64,000 bases of DNA. It comes from an uncultured candidate division Zixibacteria bacterium. GTDB taxonomy: Bacteria; Zixibacteria; MSB-5A5; GN15; FEB-12. The translations under genes were made by a program, and so were the position numbers. The stretch is from contig CAWDXE010000004.1 in assembly GCA_963806185.1 (NCBI GenBank), forward strand, positions 192,001 to 256,000, in the 5' to 3' direction. Positions 26,311 to 35,953 of this stretch are shown here, piece after piece (the first letter of the stretch is position 1; each line of letters starts with the position of its first letter). Under the pieces are notes generated by a model that worked only from the letters and a program-made list of their open reading frames with translations, had not been told where the DNA came from and searched no databases.

Positions 26311-28980
26311 GTGAAGACAGAGTTAAACAAACTGGCAATCATCCTGACGGCCGTTCTATTGTGCATGCTGTCCGCATCGGCATGGGCGGAGGTCGCCGGG
26401 AAGATTTCGGGTACGGTGACGGATGTGAAAGGGGGCGATCCCCTCATCGGTGCCACCGTTCAAGTTATTGGCACTGACTATCGCACCAAGACCGACGAAG
26501 ACGGGGAATACTTCATTATTAATCTGCCGGTCGGTAAGTACGATATCGCCGTGACACACGTCGGCTTCGCATCGATCACCAAAAAGGAAGTGCGGGTCCT
26601 GGTCGATTTGACAACGCCGGTCGACTTCTCGTTGGCGGAGATGGCGGTCGAATTGAAAAACCAGGTCGTCGTGTATGCCTCGGCGCCGGTGATTCAGCGT
26701 GACCTTACGAGTTCAAAGGTCATATTTACCGCTGATCGTCTGAAGAATCTACCCAACATACAATCGGTGCAGTCGGTCCTCACCAATTATCCGGGCGTGG
26801 TTGTCGACCAGAATCTCGACTTGCACGTTCGCGGCGGCCGGTCGGGTCAGATTTCCTATTTCTATGACGGTTTTTCCGTGCAGGATCCGTTTGTGGCCGA
26901 CGCCGGTATCCGTATCATGCCAACCGCCCTGGAAGAACTATCTTTAACCTCAGGCGGTTTTACGGCCGAATACGGCGAAGCGATGTCGGGTGTTGTAAAC
27001 GCGGTCAGCCGCGAAGGCAACAATGATTATCATGGCGGCTTGAAAATGTTTGACGGCGCCACCCAGTCATATGACGTCACCACGGGGGACTGGACGGGTC
27101 TGAAACGAGTCGGGAATCGGTCGGTGAGTTTCAACGTCTCCGGCCCTGTTCCCGGATTCGCCGAGAAGCGGTTTACCTTCTTCTCCGCCGGCGAGTATTA
27201 CCGCAATATCAACTACTTGCCGCATGACTGGGCAATCATCTACACTGGAACGACCAAGCTGTCCTATCATGCGACCAATCGACTGAAACTTAAAGGCAAC
27301 TTCACCTATTCTCGTTCCAACGGTGCGACGTACAATCACCGCGACGTCAATGATGTTTCCTTCGATCTCAATCTTGACGGGCTGCCTATTAATAAGAAAG
27401 AAGCCTACCTCGGCGGCCTCTCCGGCACCTATGCATTTAGTGAGAGAATGGTCTGGTCGTTGCAGTATAATCGTTTCTCGACCTACACGAAGAGCGCTCC
27501 CGAGCCGCTCTTCGACACCTATTGGCGCAATTGGCCGGGATATTCCGAGGATAGCACGGGCGAATACAACGGCACTATCCACCGCCACAATTATCGCGAT
27601 CAGATGGATAATTCCGATCCGTACGAACTGGTCGGTTTTGCCAACGGTGACCGCATCGACCCGACCTATTCATACCGCAAGAGTGTGTATAATTCAGTGA
27701 CCAGCAATCTGGTCGGTCAATTGGGCAAAGCGCACCAGCTTAAGGCCGGGTTTGAATGGCGGAAGTACGATGTCAATCGCGACTTCAAGCAGTTCTACAA
27801 CTCGCGTCCGTACAGCGAATTTTACCACATAAAACCGCTGTACGTATCGACGTTTGTGCAGGATAAGATTGAATACGCCGACTTCGTGATCAATCTCGGT
27901 CTGCGCTATGACTATCGCGATCCGGACGCGACTTACAACACCACCCCCGGATCCAGGACACCGATATACAAGAAGGCCGACGCCAAGTCACGTTTCGCGC
28001 CGAGGCTGGGCGTTTCGTTCCCGATCTCGGTCAATTCGGTGATGCATTTCAACTACGGCATTTACTATCAGATGCCCATCTACAAGTATCTCTACTTCAA
28101 CCTTGATGGTGAAGTCAATTCCGGTTTCCCGTTGCTGGGCAACCCCGATCTGTCACCCGAACGGACCGCGTCATACGAATTGGGTCTCGATCACCTGTTT
28201 GGCGAGAACCTGCGGGCCGACGTGACCGCGTATTACAAGGACATAAGCGATCTGGTGTCGACTCGACCCGTGTTCAAGGTTGCCGGCAACGAAGTGACTC
28301 GCTTCATCAACGCCGACTACGGCTCGGTGGTCGGGTTTGACGTTGCTTTGGAACGACTGCCCAAGACCGGTTACCTGAGCGGTTCGTTGTCGTATGGCTT
28401 CATGATGGCGAGCGGCATCGGCTCATCGGCCATGGAACCGTACTACACCTACATCACGTCCACGGAGGATACCCTGGCACCGGTAAAAGAATATCCGCTT
28501 GATTTCGATCAGCGCCATACCTTGACGGCTGTCCTGGATTATCGCGTTCCGGCCGACTGGAAAGGCGATCTCTTCGGCCTGTCGCTCCCGAGTAACTGGG
28601 GACTCAACATGGTCGGGTACGTCGGCTCCGGACTGCCCTACTCCAAGACCGATAGCAAGGGGAACCGGGTCGGCGATCGCAACGCGTATCGCTTGCCAAC
28701 GTACATGAGCGTTGACGCTCGCTTCAATAAAGATTTCGTACTGCGGAACAATGGTTCGCTGCTTACCTACTTCATCGAAGTAGACAACCTCTTTGACCGC
28801 CGCAATGTCCTGTCGGTGTATCAGTTCACCGGCTTGACAGATGATGACGGCGTAGTGGTTGGGACCGGCCTGCAATTAAGCGAAACCGATCTGGAACGGG
28901 CCAACCGCTTGTACGATCATGATCCTCAGAACTATTCACCCCCGCGGACAATCCGAACCGGGATTGAACTGCACTTTTAA
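26311..28980 (+). CDS. TonB-dependent receptor with N-terminal carboxypeptidase-regulatory-like domain
   Basis: KISGTVTD...GATV, plug LHVRGGR...GGFTAEYG..SGVVN, GNPDLSPE, terminal PRTIRTGIELHF. Confidence 0.95.
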   Translation: MKTELNKLAIILTAVLLCMLSASAWAEVAGKISGTVTDVKGGDPLIGATVQVIGTDYRTKTDEDGEYFIINLPVGKYDIAVTHVGFASITKKEVRVLVDLTTPVDFSLAEMAVELKNQVVVYASAPVIQRDLTSSKVIFTADRLKNLPNIQSVQSVLTNYPGVVVDQNLDLHVRGGRSGQISYFYDGFSVQDPFVADAGIRIMPTALEELSLTSGGFTAEYGEAMSGVVNAVSREGNNDYHGGLKMFDGATQSYDVTTGDWTGLKRVGNRSVSFNVSGPVPGFAEKRFTFFSAGEYYRNINYLPHDWAIIYTGTTKLSYHATNRLKLKGNFTYSRSNGATYNHRDVNDVSFDLNLDGLPINKKEAYLGGLSGTYAFSERMVWSLQYNRFSTYTKSAPEPLFDTYWRNWPGYSEDSTGEYNGTIHRHNYRDQMDNSDPYELVGFANGDRIDPTYSYRKSVYNSVTSNLVGQLGKAHQLKAGFEWRKYDVNRDFKQFYNSRPYSEFYHIKPLYVSTFVQDKIEYADFVINLGLRYDYRDPDATYNTTPGSRTPIYKKADAKSRFAPRLGVSFPISVNSVMHFNYGIYYQMPIYKYLYFNLDGEVNSGFPLLGNPDLSPERTASYELGLDHLFGENLRADVTAYYKDISDLVSTRPVFKVAGNEVTRFINADYGSVVGFDVALERLPKTGYLSGSLSYGFMMASGIGSSAMEPYYTYITSTEDTLAPVKEYPLDFDQRHTLTAVLDYRVPADWKGDLFGLSLPSNWGLNMVGYVGSGLPYSKTDSKGNRVGDRNAYRLPTYMSVDARFNKDFVLRNNGSLLTYFIEVDNLFDRRNVLSVYQFTGLTDDDGVVVGTGLQLSETDLERANRLYDHDPQNYSPPRTIRTGIELHF

Positions 28981-28997
28981 GGTGGAACGGTAGCCCT

Positions 28998-31748
28998 ATG
29001 AAGCACTCGAACAAAACAGCCATTTTCATTGCCGCCCTCTCGGTGGTGGCCATACTGGCGGGCACCGTCTGGTCGCGACCTTATAACGAGCGGCCTCGCC
29101 GTGCACAGTCAATAGAAGGCGGCGGACCGCTGCCGATCCCATCGCCCATAACCGTGGATCAGGTGACGCACAACCTGGGCAATCTGGCCACGACGGTTGA
29201 TAACTGGGGGTATGTGGGCGGTTATGGCTATGCCAATCTGCCCTCCGGCGAATGGCCGCGGGGATCGGGTCACAATTACCTCGCTGAAATCAAGTATTGG
29301 ATGGGCGGCGTGACCCCGTCGGGCGACACGCTGGTGGCCAATTCCGATGACGATTTTGAAGCCCTGCCGTCGCTGATTTCCGGAGCGAGCGAAACACGAA
29401 TTCTCATGTCCAGCGATACGACTCGCTACTATGGCTATGACCCGAGCGACACCGTCGGTCTGGGGGCCGGCAGTCCGGCGCACGGCTGGCGTATCTGGAA
29501 CGGCGACTCCGCCGCGTGGGTGTACAACCGCGTCTACAGCGCCATTGATCATCAGTACTACGCCGGCGGGCCGGCCTCACTGCAGGAATCGCACTATCGC
29601 TTCGGTGACCAGGCGCTGGGGAATTCGCTGATGGGTCTCGAAATGACCCACACCGTGCTCGGCTGGAACTACTGCTACAACGACGACTTTCTTTTTGTGG
29701 TGCTTGAGATCACAAACAATTCTGCGGTCGATTATACGAACTTCGCCTTTGGCTTGTACATCGATATCGACGTTGGCGAAAACAAGGTGCCCGGCCAGAA
29801 CGGCAATCTGGGCGATATGGTGTCCTCCGATTCGTCCGAGAATCTGGCATGGATCTATGACGCCGACAATTTTGACGCCTATTGGCGGCAGACTGGTATT
29901 TTGGGGACCAAGTATCTCGAAACGCCGGACGGAATCGGTATGACAGCCTTGCGGACCGGCGACTGGGCACTTCTGCCCGACGAAGATGCCGGTCGGTTCG
30001 AGATGATCAACAGTACAGAATTCGACGGTTCGTTGCCGCCGACCGATCAGTATTACGTGCAGTGTACCCGAGGTATCAACCTCGAGGCCGGGAAGACCAT
30101 TCGCGTCGTCTATGCATTGATCGCAGGGAAGAACGAAGCCGACTTCCGGGCCAACGCCGCGCTGGCGCAGGAACTCTACAACAATCACTTCGTCGGTCCG
30201 CAGCCGCCGGTCACTCCGACCGTCCATGCCCGTGCCGGCGATCGTAAGGCATACGTCTATTGGAATGACACGGCCGAAGTGTCGATTGACCCGATGACTG
30301 GGTTGTCGGACTTCGCCGGATACAAACTATACCGCAGCGAGGACTTCGGCCTTACCTGGGGTTCGGTGGACGACAATAACGAGAATAACTGCCTGACCGT
30401 CGACTACTACCCCGTGACCGCCTATGCGGCGGCCAGCCCCGGTGACCCGATCGGTCACAGCTACATTGATACCAACCTCACCAACGGGGTGGAATACTGG
30501 TACTGTGTATCTGCTTATGATCTGGGCGTGAGCGGCGTGGTCGATCCCCTGCAGTCCGGATTTTCCGTTGCCGGCGGAGCGCCAAATGTCGTGTCGATAA
30601 CGCCGCGCACCGATCCGGCCGGCGCCTATACGGCTGCCGGAACGGTCGCCCATACCACGACGGGGAGCTCGCTGCCCTCCGATGGCAACGTGCTGCCAAT
30701 AGTATTTGATCAGTCAGCTATCACCGGCGACGAATACCAGGTCGTTTTTGATGAACAGCCGGATCAAACCTACTGGAGCCTGATCAATACGACTACCGGC
30801 GATACTGTCCTGGCCAACCAGTCGCGCTATGCCGGCGAGCCGGAATTATACAATATCGGTGAAGGCGTTCGCGTCGTGGTACGCAACGGCGACTATGCCC
30901 CGCGTGACGCCGCGCAGACCTCTTTCGCCAGCCCCGGTGACACAACCTTGAATCTGGGAGCGTTCTTCGGGCCGTCGATTGCCGCTTTATACGATAACGA
31001 CTCCTATACGTTCGGCGACGGCAAGTTCCGCGCGACGTATGAAGTACGTTATACCGGCGATACTACCTACGCTTTCTCAATCTGGGAAGCCCTTAACTGG
31101 GAAAGCGATCCGCATCCGCAGTATCGCCCGCTGGCGGCAGTTCCGTTCGAGGTGTGGAATGTAACGGAAAATCGTCGAGTCAATCTGATGGTCACGAAGA
31201 ACGAGGCGGCGATGGACGGCACCTGGGGACCCCAGAATTCGCTTATCATCGTCGATCTGCCGTACGACACAACGGCCGACGTCACCTCACTCGCCTTCCC
31301 GTACCTTTGCGGTTGGTGGTTCCGCTTTGATCTGGCGACATTCAATCCGTCGGTAGGAGACGTGTTCACGATCGACGGAGCGCCACTCAACGGCCCGACC
31401 GACGTTTTCGCTTTCCGTACTGATGGCGTCAGCGGTGCGTCGGCAACGGCTCAGCTTAGGAAGATTAAGGTCGTTCCTGACCCGTATTTTGCCCGGTATT
31501 CGTCCCGAGTGGAGACGGAAAACGGCGAAACAGTCCTGCAATTTGTGAATCTTCCCGACAAGTGCACGATTCGCATTTACACGCTGACCGGCGATCTGGT
31601 CAATACGATTGAGAAGAATGACTTTGGTGGAACGGCGGAATGGAACCTGCTTTCCAGTGATCAACGGCAGATTTCTTCCGGCATATACATTTACCACGTT
31701 GACTCACCGTACGGGGAACGCCTCGGACGGTTTGCGGTGATCAAGTAG
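28998..31748 (+). CDS. Large secreted protein with FN3-like segment and T9SS-type C-terminal sorting domain
   Basis: Signal peptide; GYKLYRS...YIDTNLTNGVEYWYCVSAYD; tail IKVVPDPY...IRIYTLTG...SGIYIYHV...GRFAVIK. Confidence 0.8.
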   Translation: MKHSNKTAIFIAALSVVAILAGTVWSRPYNERPRRAQSIEGGGPLPIPSPITVDQVTHNLGNLATTVDNWGYVGGYGYANLPSGEWPRGSGHNYLAEIKYWMGGVTPSGDTLVANSDDDFEALPSLISGASETRILMSSDTTRYYGYDPSDTVGLGAGSPAHGWRIWNGDSAAWVYNRVYSAIDHQYYAGGPASLQESHYRFGDQALGNSLMGLEMTHTVLGWNYCYNDDFLFVVLEITNNSAVDYTNFAFGLYIDIDVGENKVPGQNGNLGDMVSSDSSENLAWIYDADNFDAYWRQTGILGTKYLETPDGIGMTALRTGDWALLPDEDAGRFEMINSTEFDGSLPPTDQYYVQCTRGINLEAGKTIRVVYALIAGKNEADFRANAALAQELYNNHFVGPQPPVTPTVHARAGDRKAYVYWNDTAEVSIDPMTGLSDFAGYKLYRSEDFGLTWGSVDDNNENNCLTVDYYPVTAYAAASPGDPIGHSYIDTNLTNGVEYWYCVSAYDLGVSGVVDPLQSGFSVAGGAPNVVSITPRTDPAGAYTAAGTVAHTTTGSSLPSDGNVLPIVFDQSAITGDEYQVVFDEQPDQTYWSLINTTTGDTVLANQSRYAGEPELYNIGEGVRVVVRNGDYAPRDAAQTSFASPGDTTLNLGAFFGPSIAALYDNDSYTFGDGKFRATYEVRYTGDTTYAFSIWEALNWESDPHPQYRPLAAVPFEVWNVTENRRVNLMVTKNEAAMDGTWGPQNSLIIVDLPYDTTADVTSLAFPYLCGWWFRFDLATFNPSVGDVFTIDGAPLNGPTDVFAFRTDGVSGASATAQLRKIKVVPDPYFARYSSRVETENGETVLQFVNLPDKCTIRIYTLTGDLVNTIEKNDFGGTAEWNLLSSDQRQISSGIYIYHVDSPYGERLGRFAVIK

Positions 31749-31754
31749 AGGAGA

Positions 31755-32732
31755 GTGGCGATGAGAACGGCTGCATTAATCATTTGTTGTCTGTTGCTGG
31801 CGACCGCCCTTTCCGCTCAGCAGAGCACCGTCGGAGCCGCCGGCGCGCAGTTCCTCAAGATCGGCGTTGGATCGAAATACCAGGCGATGGGGGAAGCCTC
31901 AGTCGCCGTGGCGGATGACATCTATTCGATGTACTGGAACCCGGCCGGTTTGGCCGCTATTGAAAACGGTCAGATCAGCTTCACCAACGTCAATTATGTA
32001 CTCGATATCGACTTGAACTGGGTGGGATACGCCAAGAACTTTGAAAACGTCGGCGTTTTCGGCGTCTCCGCCACCGTGCTGTCGATGGGTGAGCAGGAGA
32101 TTACCAATATCGATAATCAGGATGGTACGGGGCAGAGCTACTCGGCGTCTTCGTACGCTCTGGGTGTCTCCTTTGCCCGCCAGTTGACCGCCAAATTCGC
32201 CTTCGGCGCCACAATCAAGTATGTGTCTGAGAAGATCCATCTGGAAAAGGCGGACGGCGTGGCGATCGACATGGGGACGATGCTCAATACGGGGTACCGG
32301 AATCTTCGTTTGGGCATGAGCATCACGAACATGGGCGCCGACATGAAGTTCGATGGTCCGGATCTGAGCGTTCCGAGCTCCAGTCCTGAGACGAAGTACG
32401 ACGTAGCGTCGTACAATCTTCCCCTGACGTTCCGCGTCGGACTGGCCTACGACGTCGACTTCGGCCCAAAATCACTGCTGACCGTGTCGGGCGAGTTGAA
32501 GCATCCGAATGACAATGACCAGAAAGGCTCGCTGGGGCTGCAATACGGTTTCGATCAGAAGTTCTTCCTGCGCGGCGGGTATAAGATTAACTATGACGAG
32601 GAAACGCTGGCCCTGGGCGGCGGCCTGTCGACTACCGTGTCCGGGCAGACCCGGCTGGTGATTGATTACTCGTGGCAGGATTTTGGACGGTTGGAGACGA
32701 CCCAACGGTTTTCGGTCGGCTTCACCTTCTGA
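31755..32732 (+). CDS. PorV/PorQ-family beta-barrel
   Basis: AQFLKIGVG...AMGEA...YWNPAGL, LPLTFRVG, terminal F. Confidence 0.9.
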   Translation: MAMRTAALIICCLLLATALSAQQSTVGAAGAQFLKIGVGSKYQAMGEASVAVADDIYSMYWNPAGLAAIENGQISFTNVNYVLDIDLNWVGYAKNFENVGVFGVSATVLSMGEQEITNIDNQDGTGQSYSASSYALGVSFARQLTAKFAFGATIKYVSEKIHLEKADGVAIDMGTMLNTGYRNLRLGMSITNMGADMKFDGPDLSVPSSSPETKYDVASYNLPLTFRVGLAYDVDFGPKSLLTVSGELKHPNDNDQKGSLGLQYGFDQKFFLRGGYKINYDEETLALGGGLSTTVSGQTRLVIDYSWQDFGRLETTQRFSVGFTF

Positions 32733-32753
32733 GAGGCAGATATCGAATCAGGT

Positions 32754-32780
32754 AAAAGCCCCCTTGCGGGGCTTTTTTTT
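32754..32780 (+). terminator. Intrinsic terminator closing the TBDR-cargo-PorV operon
   Basis: AAAAGCCCC-loop-GGGGCTTTT followed by a T-run. Confidence 0.85.
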
Positions 32781-32863
32781 GACTGCGTCTGGACAGGGGC
32801 GACGAATGTACTATATTGGAAAGTCTGGAAAATCCCCTTCCGGGGCATACCGTGGAGAGCATC

Positions 32864-34447
32864 ATGCGTTTTTCTAATCGGTTGGCGTTCATCCTGTTAT
32901 TGGGCGCCTTTGGACTGGTTGGTTCGAGTTGGGCGGATGACGACACATCAGTCGACATGTTACGCCAGTATTTTGACTACCTGGCCACAGGCAACGTGGA
33001 ATCGGCTCAGCTCATGTGGACTGAATCGGCCCAGGAAAGATCTGCGCGGTTCGGTATCGAATACGACGGCATTATGGTCAGATCGGATGCAGCCTCACCG
33101 GTAATTCAAAATTTCGATGTCATGAGAAACTTCCTGGAGCCTCCGGTTCGTCAAATGGAGGCGATGCCGGGAGATACCTTTCAGCGTCTCACCTTTAGTG
33201 CCATCGTAGGCAGCGAATCGATCAAGTACACGTACTATGCCAAGCGGGATCAGCGCTGGTTCTGGCTCAGCTTTCCACAGGACTACTGGACCCGGGACTG
33301 GCCGGTACAGGAGTCAAAGTACCTTCGCATCCATGTTCACCCGCGCGTTAAAGAATTTCTCAGCCCCGCCCTCTTGAACGAGGTGGATCGGTTCGTCGCC
33401 GCCATGGCCGACACACTCAAACTGCCCAAGGCGTCACTGGCGGAAATCGCTGCCAGGAAGATCGAGTGGTATTACTGTGATGGCGACCAGACCGTGGAGG
33501 AAATCACCGGGTTCAAAACGAAGGGAATGCTGGACCTCGGATCAAATTCCATCATCAGTTCTACTTTTCCGCACTACCATGAGCTCGTGCATCTACTGGT
33601 TAATATTCGACTGAAGAAGATTCCGCTCCATACTCTGCCGCTGCTTCGAGAGGGCATCGCCGTGCGGTACGGCGGGCGCTGGGGCAAAAGTCTATCGGCG
33701 CTCTCCGATCTTGGGGCCTACCTCTATAAAGAGAAGCTGGTGGAGCTTGATTCGATACTCGTCGACAAGGGGTATGAAGCAGCGCAGGATGCGGACATCA
33801 TTTATCCGGTGGCCGGCATCTTCTCTTCGTTCCTGTTGGACAGGATCGGCATCGAAGGATACCTCACCGGGTATCGTAGTCTCTCGGGCTCTGGCGCTCA
33901 GCTGCGCGCCCTCAAGCCGGATTCCATCAAGAAAGCCTTGGCGACCATGGGTGGATTTGCCGATTGGAATGGGCTGGTAACCGGGTTTGACGCTTACCTA
34001 GCCAAGGCCTCCGGAACCTATGCGGTGGCCGCACCTGGCCGAGTGGCCGACGGCAAGTTGTTGCTCGCCGGGGACGGGTACTCTATCGTGCAATCAAAAG
34101 ACTGGCTTGGCTTTGAGTTCTCGCTGGCTGATACCGTCACTCCCCATGGGACACTTCTCTTTGCACCGCTTCCTGCCCCCGGGTCTATGGTGTCGTCGCT
34201 ATTTGTAGAACACTTCAGTGATGTTTATCCCTACGAGGGGTATAGATACGGCGTTCGCTATGATCAAAACGAAGCCGGCCTGTACGATTACGTGACCAAT
34301 CAATTGATTGCCAAGTACATTTGGGGGATTACGCCGTCGGACGATTACTATTCCAAGGGGAGTCGGACGGTGGCGATCAAATTCAAGAAAGTGCTGCTGG
34401 GCAAAGACCTGCCGGTCAAAGGGCAAGTGAAATTACTGCCAATGTAG
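32864..34447 (+). CDS. Secreted gluzincin/peptidase MA-like protein
   Basis: Signal peptide; HELVH followed by LREGIA. Confidence 0.6.
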   Translation: MRFSNRLAFILLLGAFGLVGSSWADDDTSVDMLRQYFDYLATGNVESAQLMWTESAQERSARFGIEYDGIMVRSDAASPVIQNFDVMRNFLEPPVRQMEAMPGDTFQRLTFSAIVGSESIKYTYYAKRDQRWFWLSFPQDYWTRDWPVQESKYLRIHVHPRVKEFLSPALLNEVDRFVAAMADTLKLPKASLAEIAARKIEWYYCDGDQTVEEITGFKTKGMLDLGSNSIISSTFPHYHELVHLLVNIRLKKIPLHTLPLLREGIAVRYGGRWGKSLSALSDLGAYLYKEKLVELDSILVDKGYEAAQDADIIYPVAGIFSSFLLDRIGIEGYLTGYRSLSGSGAQLRALKPDSIKKALATMGGFADWNGLVTGFDAYLAKASGTYAVAAPGRVADGKLLLAGDGYSIVQSKDWLGFEFSLADTVTPHGTLLFAPLPAPGSMVSSLFVEHFSDVYPYEGYRYGVRYDQNEAGLYDYVTNQLIAKYIWGITPSDDYYSKGSRTVAIKFKKVLLGKDLPVKGQVKLLPM

Positions 34448-34546
34448 CCGGCTGGAACTGCACCGACAGGGTCGCTGTTACGTGGTGTCATTCACGTCGC
34501 GCACGGTGTATTCGCATCACGGATGTGAGAGAGGGTATGATTATTG

Positions 34547-35953
34547 ATGTCGGGTGATCATAAGGATTTTGATCTCATTGTCATTGGCTCCGGACCGGCC
34601 GGTGAAAAGGCCGCGATTGAAGCCTCCAAAATGCGAAAGTCGAGTGCCATTATTGAACGGAATTCCGTTCAAGGTGGCGTTTGCCTTCACACCGGCACCA
34701 TTCCCTCGAAAACACTACGCGAGACCGTACTCTATATCGCCGGACTTCGTCAGCGCTCGGTCTATGGACTCGTGGGGGCAACCCGCCCGTATCTCACCAT
34801 CAAAGAACTGATGTACCGCAAAGGGCAGGTCATCCAGCAGGAACTGGACGTCATTCAGCAGAACATGTCCCGTCACCAGATAGAAGTCATACACGGCACC
34901 GGGATGATAGCCGGCGCCAATACGGTCGTCGTCTCCGACGGCGACTCAAGCAATCGGATTATTCATGGTGACGTACTGGTGATTTCGACCGGCACACGCT
35001 CCTATCACCCGCCGTCAGTCGACTTTGATCACAAATACATCTATGACGCGGAGACGGTCCTGGATCTGGACATCATTCCACGGACGCTGACCATTGTCGG
35101 TGGCGGAGTCATCGGCTGCGAGTACGCCTCGATCTTTGCCCACATTGGCGTGAAGGTGACGATCGTCGATCAGCGCAAGCGCTTGCTTTCTTTCCTTGAT
35201 CACGAAATAGCCGACGCCTTGACCTATCTGATGCGCAAGTACGGGACGACTCTGGTGCTGGGGGAAGAGTATCAGGAGATATTTGTTGAAGACGATCAGG
35301 TCGTGACGGTCACCAAGACCGGGCGGCGTGTCGTGGCGGATCGACTGCTGTATGCCGCCGGACGGTGTGGTAATACGGAAAACCTTGGCCTCGAAGCACT
35401 CGGTATCGAAACTGACGATCGCGGAATTATCAAAGTCAACGATCGGTACGGAACTTGTGTCCCGAGCATCTTTGCGGTCGGCGATGTGATCGGATTCCCG
35501 TCACTGGCCTCCGTCTCCATGGATCAAGGACGGCTGGCGGCAATTCATGCGTTCCAGCGGCAGGAAATCTCCTGCCTGAATACGCTGTTGCCGTTCGGCA
35601 TCTACACGATACCCGAGGTATCCCTGGTCGGTGAGACGGAAGAGTCGCTGACCGCAGCCGGGCAGGACTATGAAGTTGGCGTAGCGCGATATTATGAACT
35701 TGCTCGCGGGCAGATCATCAACGACCACGACGGCATGCTGAAGCTAATTTTTGATCGCACTTCCCATCGCATTCTCGGGGTGCACATCATCGGTGACAAG
35801 GCCACTGAATTGATTCATATCGGCCAGGCAGTGATGACGCACGGCGGGACGCTGGACTATTTTCTGGACACGGTCTTTAACCATCCGACGTTGTCGGAGG
35901 CGTACAAAGTAGCCGCAATGGACGGTTTCTCGAGGATTCAGCGGGGGAACTAA
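34547..35953 (+). CDS. sthA: Soluble pyridine nucleotide transhydrogenase
   Basis: GSGPAG, GGVCLHTGTIPSKTLRE (single Cys), GGGVIGCEYAS, FNHPTLSEAYK. Confidence 0.9.
   Translation: MSGDHKDFDLIVIGSGPAGEKAAIEASKMRKSSAIIERNSVQGGVCLHTGTIPSKTLRETVLYIAGLRQRSVYGLVGATRPYLTIKELMYRKGQVIQQELDVIQQNMSRHQIEVIHGTGMIAGANTVVVSDGDSSNRIIHGDVLVISTGTRSYHPPSVDFDHKYIYDAETVLDLDIIPRTLTIVGGGVIGCEYASIFAHIGVKVTIVDQRKRLLSFLDHEIADALTYLMRKYGTTLVLGEEYQEIFVEDDQVVTVTKTGRRVVADRLLYAAGRCGNTENLGLEALGIETDDRGIIKVNDRYGTCVPSIFAVGDVIGFPSLASVSMDQGRLAAIHAFQRQEISCLNTLLPFGIYTIPEVSLVGETEESLTAAGQDYEVGVARYYELARGQIINDHDGMLKLIFDRTSHRILGVHIIGDKATELIHIGQAVMTHGGTLDYFLDTVFNHPTLSEAYKVAAMDGFSRIQRGN

Noticed and set aside
34547..35953. Dihydrolipoamide dehydrogenase
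   Set aside because: It lacks the redox CxxxxC pair (CLHTGT), which fits SthA.
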